The translations under genes were made by a program, and so were the position numbers. Positions 56,702 to 64,000 of a stretch of 64,000 nucleotides of DNA are shown here, piece after piece; the first letter of the stretch is position 1; every line of letters starts with the position of its first letter. The notes beneath the pieces are model-generated. The model searched no databases, was not told where the DNA came from, and saw only the letters and a program-made list of their open reading frames with translations. Location: contig JACQSB010000007.1 of the NCBI GenBank assembly GCA_016206175.1, positions 8,639 through 72,638 on the forward strand. Direction: 5' to 3'. The DNA is from Candidatus Uhrbacteria bacterium (GTDB taxonomy: Bacteria; Patescibacteriota; Patescibacteriia; JACQRZ01).

Positions 56702-57121
56702 TTATAAAGCCTTTTTCACAAATCGCGTCCGTACCGGCAATTTATAAGCAGCGAGCCGAAGCGCTGCTTGAGCAATCTCTTCTGTGACACCGCCCATTTC
56801 AAACAAAACGGCACCAGGCTTCACGGGAACAACATAATGGTCGACTGCTCCTTTTCCGCCGCCCATAGGATTTTCATTTCCATGAAATGTGACGGGGCGA
56901 TCAGGAAATACCCGTATCCAAATCTTGCCGCCGCGCTTTACATGCCGAGCGATCGCGCGACGAGCTGCTTCCAGCTGTCGTGCGGTCACCCAGGACGCAT
57001 CGAGCGCCTTTAGGCCAAAGTCGCCAAAGCTAACGGTAGTGCCTGCTGTTGCGATCGGCTCACGTCTCCGGCCGCGGCCGCGGTGCCATTTTCGATGTTT
57101 TACTTTTTTAGGGAATAACAT
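56702..57121 (-). CDS. rplP: 50S ribosomal protein L16
   Basis: PKKVKHRK, QLEAAR, GKIWIRVFPD, MGGGKG. Confidence 0.96.
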   Translation of the reverse strand: MLFPKKVKHRKWHRGRGRRREPIATAGTTVSFGDFGLKALDASWVTARQLEAARRAIARHVKRGGKIWIRVFPDRPVTFHGNENPMGGGKGAVDHYVVPVKPGAVLFEMGGVTEEIAQAALRLAAYKLPVRTRFVKKAL

Positions 57122-57137
57122 AACAGCTCTTGTACAA

Positions 57138-57797
57138 TTATTTCACTTTCTGTTTCTCGTTAAAAATCTCGCCTCGATAGATCCACACCTTAATGCCAAT
57201 CGCACCAGCTGCCGTACGCGCGGTGCCTCGCGCGTAGTCGATGTTAGCGCGGAGCGTATGCAACGGCACCTTGCCCCAGGAAAGCATTTCTCTGTTGGCA
57301 ATCTCCGCACCGTTGAGGCGACCGCCGATCATCACCTTCACGCCCGTAGCGCCTGCTTTTGAAACGCGATCAAGCGCTTGGCGCAGTACACGACGATAGG
57401 GAAGGCGCTTTTCGATCTCGTCAATCATGCTGCGAAGCACCAGTTGCGAATTCAATGCGGGATTGTCGACTTCGACAACGTTGAGATTGACCGTAATTGG
57501 ACTGGAAGCGAAAAACTTTTTCACGACTTTTTTCTTCAGATCCTCAATACCGACACCTTGCCGTCCGATGATTACGCCTGGTTTTGCGGAATGGATCACG
57601 ATCGAAATCGCATTCGAAGTACGTTCAATCTCAATCTTTGCAACACCAGCTGTTTTTAACTCTTTTTCAAGAAACTTTTTGATTTCGACATCCTGCCGGA
57701 GCCACTGGATAAATTGCGGGCCACGGGCAAACCATTTGGAGTCCCAGCTGAACAAAATGCCGGTGCGGAATAATTTTGGATTTACTTTTTGTCCCAT
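57138..57797 (-). CDS. rpsC: 30S ribosomal protein S3
   Basis: MGQKVNP, PGVIIGR, GRLNGAEIA, VPLHTLRANIDY. Confidence 0.97.
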   Translation of the reverse strand: MGQKVNPKLFRTGILFSWDSKWFARGPQFIQWLRQDVEIKKFLEKELKTAGVAKIEIERTSNAISIVIHSAKPGVIIGRQGVGIEDLKKKVVKKFFASSPITVNLNVVEVDNPALNSQLVLRSMIDEIEKRLPYRRVLRQALDRVSKAGATGVKVMIGGRLNGAEIANREMLSWGKVPLHTLRANIDYARGTARTAAGAIGIKVWIYRGEIFNEKQKVK

Positions 57798-57816
57798 ATG
57801 AAAGAGTCTACAATTC

Positions 57817-58431
57817 CTAACCTGATTTTCTATGAAATACCTTTTTAAGAAAACCTTTTTGCTTTTTCTGTTCTCTGTTTAATTTCTGCGCATACTCATG
57901 GCGTCCTTCGCGCGCTGTATCAAAAATTTCTTTTTCACCGTCGGCAGCTGTCGGACGCGTTTCATTTGCAGGAGCGACTGCAACAGAAATAGATTTTTCG
58001 GATGCTACTGGCGAGACTCTCTGCGCTTCATCAGAGTGCGGTGCTGCCGATTTCGATGTTCCTACTACTCCCTGTCTCTTTTCAACGTCGAGCTTTTCTC
58101 CCAGAACAACCGTAATATGGCATAGATGTTTGATGATTGGCGCAGCGCGGCCGAAAGCACGGGGGCGCCACCGCTGCAAACCCGGACCAATATCAACCGT
58201 AATTGTCTTAACAAAAGTATGTTCCTTTTGAACATGATAGGTATTCTCTGCGCTTGCGATTGCAGAACGCACAGTTTTTTCTAAAGGGACACGCGCAGCA
58301 CGAGTCATATAACGCAGCTGTTCCAGTGCAGTTTGCGTGTCAAGGCCGCGAATCATATCCGCCAACAGGCGCACCTTGCGGGCTGACATGCGAACGTATC
58401 GGTTGTGTGCCGTGATATCCATACTTTCCAT
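57817..58431 (-). CDS. rplV: 50S ribosomal protein L22 with a long C-terminal extension
   Basis: SARKVRL.AD.IRG, PRAFGRA, HITVV, then about 90 extra residues. Confidence 0.95.
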   Translation of the reverse strand: MESMDITAHNRYVRMSARKVRLLADMIRGLDTQTALEQLRYMTRAARVPLEKTVRSAIASAENTYHVQKEHTFVKTITVDIGPGLQRWRPRAFGRAAPIIKHLCHITVVLGEKLDVEKRQGVVGTSKSAAPHSDEAQRVSPVASEKSISVAVAPANETRPTAADGEKEIFDTAREGRHEYAQKLNREQKKQKGFLKKVFHRKSG

Positions 58432-58769
58432 TATTTCTTACCGGCCGGAGCCGCTACTGCGGCCGTCTTTGCTGCTGCCGCGGCTGCTGCTGCCTGTTCT
58501 TGTTCTTTTTGCATCTTGCCGCCATGGCGTACGAATTTTCTGGTTAGCGAAAACTCTCCGAGTTTATGGCCGACCATATCTTCAACGACGATGACAGGAA
58601 CGTGCACCTTACCATTGTGGACTCCGAATGTAAAGCCGACCATTTCCGGAACGATAACCGCATCGCGAGCCCAGGTTTTAATCACGGTACGATCGCCGGT
58701 ATGCAACTTTTGAACTTTTGCAAGAAGCCGCTGATTGATTGCCGGCCCCTTTTTCAGACTACGCGACAT
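58431..58769 (-). CDS. rpsS: 30S ribosomal protein S19
   Basis: [24 protein letters not shown]; Ala-rich tail. Confidence 0.96.
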   Translation of the reverse strand: MSRSLKKGPAINQRLLAKVQKLHTGDRTVIKTWARDAVIVPEMVGFTFGVHNGKVHVPVIVVEDMVGHKLGEFSLTRKFVRHGGKMQKEQEQAAAAAAAAKTAAVAAPAGKK

Positions 58770-58770
58770 G

Positions 58771-59601
58771 TTATTTCCGCCGTTTAAGAATAAATTTGTT
58801 CGAAGCTTTCTTCTTCTTTCGTGTCAATACGCCAAGCGCTGGTTTGCCTTGGGGGGTCTTCGGGTGGCGCAAACCGACTGGCTGATTTCCCTCTCCACCT
58901 CCATGTGGGTGATCAACAGGATTCATGGCTTTCCCGCGGACTGACGGCCTCCATCCTCGTAAACGCATACGGCCTGCTTTGCCCCATCGGATATTTTGGT
59001 GGTCAGGATTGCCAACAGCACCGATCGTAGCCATACAACGACCAGGGAATTTACGCACTTCACCGGATGGAAGACGAAGGTGCGAAAAACCATCTTCAAA
59101 TGCCAAGACTTGCGCGCCACCGCCAGCTGACCGTACAACTTGAGCTCCCCTTCCAGGTTGCATTTCAATGGCGTGTACCATTATGCCGGTAGGGATATTC
59201 TCAAGGCAGAGCCGGTTGCCGGATTTGATATCGATCTTGCCTTGGGAAGAAAGGACGGAATCTCCAACTCGAAGATCAACAGGGGCGATGATGTAAGCAA
59301 CAGCGCCATTTTCGTAACGAAGCAGCGCGATGCGTGCGGAACGATTGGGGTCGTATTCGATTGCGGCAACAGAAGCAGGAACGTCAAACTGCGTACGCTT
59401 AAAATCGACGATGCGATAAAATCGTTTTGCGCCGCCGCCGCGATGGCGTACGGTGATCTTGCCCTGGTTATTGCGCCCGCCTCTGCGCTTACGGATCTCG
59501 CGAAGCTTTTTTTCTGGCTCCTTTTTTGTCAAATCAGAAAAATCCGCAACGCTGGATTTGCGGCGTGCAGGGCTTGTCGGATTGTATACGCGGACTGGCA
59601 T
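58771..59601 (-). CDS. rplB: 50S ribosomal protein L2
   Basis: [31 protein letters not shown]. Confidence 0.98.
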   Translation of the reverse strand: MPVRVYNPTSPARRKSSVADFSDLTKKEPEKKLREIRKRRGGRNNQGKITVRHRGGGAKRFYRIVDFKRTQFDVPASVAAIEYDPNRSARIALLRYENGAVAYIIAPVDLRVGDSVLSSQGKIDIKSGNRLCLENIPTGIMVHAIEMQPGRGAQVVRSAGGGAQVLAFEDGFSHLRLPSGEVRKFPGRCMATIGAVGNPDHQNIRWGKAGRMRLRGWRPSVRGKAMNPVDHPHGGGEGNQPVGLRHPKTPQGKPALGVLTRKKKKASNKFILKRRK

Positions 59602-59633
59602 TAGATTAGGGAATAGGGCTTAGGAGCCAGGGG

Positions 59634-60044
59634 TTATATGATAGTGACGGGAGTTTTTGCATCTACCGAGATTGTTGCTTTTTTCCATTGTTTGCGAACG
59701 CCTTCTCTACGGCCAAACCGAACTGCTTTTGGTTTGTAGACACACGTCGTTACCGCAAGCGGCATCACGCCATACAATGTGTAGAATGCTTTTTTAATTT
59801 CAATCTTGTTTGCTTTTGGGCTTACTTCAAACACATATCGTTCCTGATCATGCACACGGCCTGCCTTGCTTGTCATAACGAGACGAAACAATATGCCGGA
59901 AGGCTGCACTGCAAATACTTGTTTACCTTTCGCAGTCGATGTTTTTTTCTCGCTAGCACCTTTGTCACTGACAGCAGCAGATGCAACAGCAGAGCCTGCG
60001 TCTTCTTTTTTCTTGCCTTTCTTTTTGAGAAAATCCAGTGCCAT
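59634..60044 (-). CDS. rplW: 50S ribosomal protein L23 with an N-terminal extension
   Basis: YVFEV..ANKIEIKKA, WKKA; conserved position. Confidence 0.92.
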   Translation of the reverse strand: MALDFLKKKGKKKEDAGSAVASAAVSDKGASEKKTSTAKGKQVFAVQPSGILFRLVMTSKAGRVHDQERYVFEVSPKANKIEIKKAFYTLYGVMPLAVTTCVYKPKAVRFGRREGVRKQWKKATISVDAKTPVTII

Positions 60045-60056
60045 ATTCAGATACTA

Positions 60057-60731
60057 TTATGCTTTCGGCAAACTCGCGTATTGCTTTTCGATCACATCAA
60101 CGCTTGCAAGCGGGATAACAACCGTCGGTACATGAAGAAGATCGTATACATTCAAACTCGATACAGGCAGGAGACGCACAGTCGGCATATTGCGCAGACT
60201 GCGTGATACGGCAGTGGAGTGAGGCGCTGTGATGATCCCGACTTTTTTTCCTTTTTCAAAATCCGGCAACGGCAATTTTTTTAATATGCCAAAAGCTTGC
60301 TTTGTTTTTGCGGTTGGAACAGCAAAATCGTCTACCAGTACAACGCGCCCTTCGCTAAAACGCTCTGAAAGCACCATGGTAAGCGCCTGACGTTTTACTT
60401 TCTTGTTGATCTTCATTGAATAATTGCGTTCGGTGCGAGGACCAAATACGACACCACCGCCTTTCCACAACGGGGATCGGATAGAGCCGTGGCGCGCGCG
60501 GCCGGTTCCTTTCTGGCGCCAAGGCTTTTTACCTCCTCCGCGCACCTCGCCGCGCCCTTTGGTTGAGGCAAGCACGGTACGCTTATTCGCCTGCTGAACA
60601 ACAGAAGCAAAATGGACAATATTGGGATTTACTGCAACGCCAAAGACCGCAGGCGATACTTCGCGTTCGGATACGACCTGGCCATCCATGTTGTATACTG
60701 AAAGCACTAATTTTTGCGTTGCTTTTTCCAT
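60057..60731 (-). CDS. rplD: 50S ribosomal protein L4
   Basis: [28 protein letters not shown]. Confidence 0.97.
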   Translation of the reverse strand: MEKATQKLVLSVYNMDGQVVSEREVSPAVFGVAVNPNIVHFASVVQQANKRTVLASTKGRGEVRGGGKKPWRQKGTGRARHGSIRSPLWKGGGVVFGPRTERNYSMKINKKVKRQALTMVLSERFSEGRVVLVDDFAVPTAKTKQAFGILKKLPLPDFEKGKKVGIITAPHSTAVSRSLRNMPTVRLLPVSSLNVYDLLHVPTVVIPLASVDVIEKQYASLPKA

Positions 60732-60739
60732 AGAAATTT

Positions 60740-61573
60740 TTACGAAACGTTCTGTTTTTCTTCTGCCGGTGCCTGCTGATCAGATGATTGCTGTTCCTGT
60801 TGTCCAGACACAGTCTCTGTCGTTGATTCCTGCTGTGTTGCAGCCTGCTCCGGTTCGGATGCCTGACTTCCTACAGATGTCGGCTGTTCTTGATGGCTAC
60901 TTTCTGGCTGTGTCGACTCCGACACGTTAGGCTTTTCAAAAACAACTTCGCCTTCTCCTTGTAAAATAACTAAACTATTGCGCGCGCCTGGTACCGCTCC
61001 TCGAAGGGAAAGCACACCAAGTATTGGATCAACACCGACAATCTCAAGATTTTTTACCGTGACTTGTGTACCGCCCATACGGCCCCCCATGCGCTTCCCT
61101 TTCAAAACGTGCTGGACTCCGCCGGCGCCGATAGCGCCCGGCATACGCTCCTGATCCTTATGGCCATGTGTCGTGGGATGGCCATGAAAGCCATGACGTT
61201 TCACAACGCCAGCAAACCCTTTTCCTTTTGAAGTGCCGACGATCTGTACGCGATCGCCCGACGAAAATACATTTGCACTGACGATATCCCCTTTTTCAAC
61301 CGCATCGGCTTTATCAAGGCGAAATTCTTTCAGGAAACGAAATCCATCGGTATCTTTCACACGCTGGATGCCACGCAGAGCTTGCGCCTGCGCTTTGGAA
61401 ACATTTTTTTTGCGCCCATAGCCCATTTGCACGGCGATGTACCCGTCCTTTTCCTTGGTTTTTACCTGCGTGACAGTGCACGGACCTGCCTGCACCCGTG
61501 TGATCGCCTGAACGCGTCCTGTGCTGTCAAAGGCTTGGGTCATGTCTAATTTTACGCCGAGAATGAATTTCAT
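60740..61573 (-). CDS. rplC: 50S ribosomal protein L3 with an acidic C-terminal extension
   Basis: DGYIAVQ, SKGKGFAGVVKRH, PGAIG, GAVPG; ATG at 61573. Confidence 0.96.
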   Translation of the reverse strand: MKFILGVKLDMTQAFDSTGRVQAITRVQAGPCTVTQVKTKEKDGYIAVQMGYGRKKNVSKAQAQALRGIQRVKDTDGFRFLKEFRLDKADAVEKGDIVSANVFSSGDRVQIVGTSKGKGFAGVVKRHGFHGHPTTHGHKDQERMPGAIGAGGVQHVLKGKRMGGRMGGTQVTVKNLEIVGVDPILGVLSLRGAVPGARNSLVILQGEGEVVFEKPNVSESTQPESSHQEQPTSVGSQASEPEQAATQQESTTETVSGQQEQQSSDQQAPAEEKQNVS

Positions 61574-61583
61574 ACTTACTTTG

Positions 61584-61624
61584 AAAGAAAAAACCGGTAC
61601 CCTTAAGCGAACCGGCTCTTTCTT
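61584..61624 (-). terminator. Intrinsic terminator-like hairpin about 10 nt upstream of rplC
   Basis: Minus strand AAGAAAGAGCCGGT-loop-ACCGGTTTTTTCTTT. Confidence 0.65.
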
Positions 61625-61820
61625 GCATAGAATATTTCTGCTACGGCACGCTTTTTGCAGCGTGTCCAAACAGAATAGTCGCTTCAAGATTGTATGCTTA
61701 TAGGGTTTGAGTGGTACTGCACTCCCTTCTCACCGAGCTGTTCATAAGCACTTTCTCTTCCGAGAGTTATCTATGACCAACTGCGTGCGAGATATGATTG
61801 TGAATGAATATCTGGGTATC

Positions 61821-62183
61821 TTATACCATCTTTACTTCTAAGTCAACACCTGCCGGCAAATTCAAGCTGGTGAGAACATCAGTTGTTTTTGCGGTCGGAT
61901 CCAGAATATCTATCAAGCGCTTGTGTATCCGCATCTCAAATTGATCGCGCGCATCCTTTTTGACGAATGTTGCCCGAAGCACGGTATATTTGTGTTTTTC
62001 CGTAGGAAGCGGGATCGGACCGCGCACTACAGCGCCGCTTCGCTGCACAGCTTCAAGGATGGCGGCAGCTGATTGATCGATAATCTTGTGGTCATACGCG
62101 CGCAACTTGATGCGAATACGCGTGCGGTCTGCATCCTCAGTCTCCTTTTTCTGTTTTCCAACAGTGCTCGTTGCGACAGCCAT
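61821..62183 (-). CDS. rpsJ: 30S ribosomal protein S10
   Basis: [35 protein letters not shown]. Confidence 0.97.
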   Translation of the reverse strand: MAVATSTVGKQKKETEDADRTRIRIKLRAYDHKIIDQSAAAILEAVQRSGAVVRGPIPLPTEKHKYTVLRATFVKKDARDQFEMRIHKRLIDILDPTAKTTDVLTSLNLPAGVDLEVKMV

Positions 62184-62204
62184 TGCAGTGATGGTACGTA
62201 CCAA

Positions 62205-63404
62205 TTATTTAAGGATCTTGGTGACAACGCCAGCTCCCACCGTGATGCCGCCCTCGCGGACTGCAAAACGCTGTTTTTCTTCCAAGGCAATCGGGGCGAT
62301 GAGCTTGACCGTAATGCTGACCGTCTCGCCAGGCATAACCATTTCAGCGCCTTCCGGCAATGAGAGAACATCTCCGGTCACATCAGTGGTGCGGATATAG
62401 AATTGCGGTTTGTAGCCCTTGAAAAACGGTTTGTGGCGGCCGCCTTCTTCCTTGGTCAAGATATAAACTTCTGCTTCAAACTCGGTATGCGGCGTCACAC
62501 TTCCTGGCTTGACGATTACCTGTCCGCGCTCTACATCCTCTTTCTTTGTTCCACGAAGCAGTAATCCGGCATTATCTCCTGCGCGGCCTTCATCCAAGGA
62601 CTTGTTAAACATTTCGATGCCAGTCACGACAGTCTTGATGGTATCCTTCAAACCGACGATTTCAATTTCTTCGTTCACATGGATCGTGCCACGTTCGATC
62701 CTGCCGGTGACGACTGTGCCGCGACCCTCAATGGAGAAGACATCTTCAATCGGCATAAGAAATGACTTGTCGGTATCACGCACCGGCTCGGGGATATAAC
62801 TGTCCAAGGCGCTCACAAGGTCTAAAACAGGCTTTGACCACTCTTCACTGGAAGGATTTTCCAATGCTTTGAGTGCTGATCCGCGGATAATCGGAATCTC
62901 ATCGGCTGGAAACTCGTATTTCTTGAGGAGGTCTTTTACTTCCTCTTCGACGATATCAACTAAATCTTTGCTGTCGTCCGAAAGGGCATCAACCTTGTTC
63001 AAAAAGACAACAATATAAGGAACGCCGACTTGGCGTGCCAAAAGGATATGCTCGCGGGTCTGAGGCATCGGACCATCGGTGGCAGAGACGACCAAAATGG
63101 CACCGTCCATCTGCGCGGCGCCCGTGATCATGTTCTTCACATAATCAGCGTGCCCCGGACAGTCGACGTGCGCATAGTGGCGATTATCGCTCTCATACTC
63201 GACGTGTTCAGTATTAATGGTAATACCGCGCGCTTTTTCTTCCGGAGCCGAGTCAATCTGGTCAACACTTTTCTGCGATGCTGACTTACCGTGAGCGCTC
63301 AATACCTTAAGGATCGCCGCGGTAAGTGTAGTTTTTCCATGGTCAACGTGGCCGATAGTTCCGACATTGACATGAGGTTTTGCTCGATCAAATTTCTCTG
63401 CCAT
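62205..63404 (-). CDS. tuf: Elongation factor Tu
   Basis: [32 protein letters not shown]. Confidence 0.99.
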   Translation of the reverse strand: MAEKFDRAKPHVNVGTIGHVDHGKTTLTAAILKVLSAHGKSASQKSVDQIDSAPEEKARGITINTEHVEYESDNRHYAHVDCPGHADYVKNMITGAAQMDGAILVVSATDGPMPQTREHILLARQVGVPYIVVFLNKVDALSDDSKDLVDIVEEEVKDLLKKYEFPADEIPIIRGSALKALENPSSEEWSKPVLDLVSALDSYIPEPVRDTDKSFLMPIEDVFSIEGRGTVVTGRIERGTIHVNEEIEIVGLKDTIKTVVTGIEMFNKSLDEGRAGDNAGLLLRGTKKEDVERGQVIVKPGSVTPHTEFEAEVYILTKEEGGRHKPFFKGYKPQFYIRTTDVTGDVLSLPEGAEMVMPGETVSITVKLIAPIALEEKQRFAVREGGITVGAGVVTKILK

Positions 63405-63480
63405 ACAAGTTTCAAAATGAAAATTAGTTAATAAAACAACTCAAAACCCTTCTAATGATGATAAGGTTTCATTGCCTCGT

Positions 63481-63509
63481 AGTGTACCACGGCGCAACGA
63501 CCCTGTCAA
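63481..63509 (-). promoter_or_regulatory. Internal sigma70 promoter for tuf
   Basis: TTGACA (63504-63509), 17-nt spacer, TACACT (63481-63486) with extended TG. Confidence 0.75.
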
Positions 63510-63520
63510 CAAGCGTTCTA

Positions 63521-64000
63521 CTACTCTTTCTTTGTGAGACTTTCAACGATATTACGAGGCACTTCGGCATAATGCGAGAATTCCATGCTATAGCTTGCCC
63601 GCCCTTGGCTCATGGAGCGCAGCTGCGTGGCATAGCCAAACATCTCTGCCAAAGGAATCATGGCATGTATCACCTTTACCCCGGCGCGATCGGTCATCTC
63701 TTGGATCTGGCCCCGCTTGGAATTGATATCGCCTATCACTTCTCCCATAAACTGTTCGGGAGTGACAACTTCGACTTTCATCACCGGTTCGAGAAGCACG
63801 AGATGCGCTTTTTTACACGCGTCTTGGAAGGCAAATGAACCGGCAAGTTTGAAAGCAACTTCGGAAGAGTCTACTTCATGGTAGGATCCATCAAAAACTG
63901 TTGCTTTTACATCGATGAGAGGATAGCCGGCTAAAACACCGCGTGTGAGAGTCTCTTTAATACCTTTTTCAATAGCAGGAACGAACTCGCGCGGGATAAC
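63521..64000 (-). CDS. fusA: Elongation factor G, 3' part (truncated by the window edge)
   Basis: [44 protein letters not shown]. Confidence 0.97.
   Translation of the reverse strand, partial: VIPREFVPAIEKGIKETLTRGVLAGYPLIDVKATVFDGSYHEVDSSEVAFKLAGSFAFQDACKKAHLVLLEPVMKVEVVTPEQFMGEVIGDINSKRGQIQEMTDRAGVKVIHAMIPLAEMFGYATQLRSMSQGRASYSMEFSHYAEVPRNIVESLTKKE

Noticed and set aside
61574-61687. 38-aa N-terminal extension of L3 in the ORF track
   Set aside because: It starts at a TTG in structured non-coding sequence containing a terminator; the canonical start MKFILG is at 61573

Overview
This is bacterial chromosomal DNA, mostly coded on the minus strand. It is very likely from a Patescibacteria/CPR genome (inference from the missing rpmD/L30 between rpsE and rplO, extended ribosomal proteins, a membrane-anchored Clp ATPase and a Memo-CapA fusion). 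From right to left it holds the 3' end of fusA, tuf, the S10-spc ribosomal cluster, secY-map-yqgF-recO, aspS, a YbaK-like gene, an ScpA/pilin/PilW/PilX-like cluster, ligA, gatCA and DsbA. Further left are two tRNA-Ser genes, gpmA, a Clp ATPase module, a redox block (msrA, msrB, nnrD, nrdH-trxB-nrdAB), a P-type ATPase, rmuC, a MacAB-like ABC system and an Rrf2-sufC-sufB operon. I found no CRISPR array, rRNA, integrase or transposase. The most notable observations are: (1) a full-length ScpA kleisin fused in frame as the 'leader peptide' of a type IV pilin with an intact prepilin-peptidase-like site; (2) an unannotated 59-aa, 14-Cys metallothionein-like gene between nrdH and trxB; (3) an orphan TrpR + operator + Trp-Trp leader peptide module with no trp operon; (4) a poly-G tract between the -35 and -10 boxes of a frameshifted PAS gene; (5) a structured 70-nt insertion in a duplicated tRNA-Ser 5' end; (6) a structured, terminator-ended leader before rplC. 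All calls come from reading the sequence by eye; no database searches were run.
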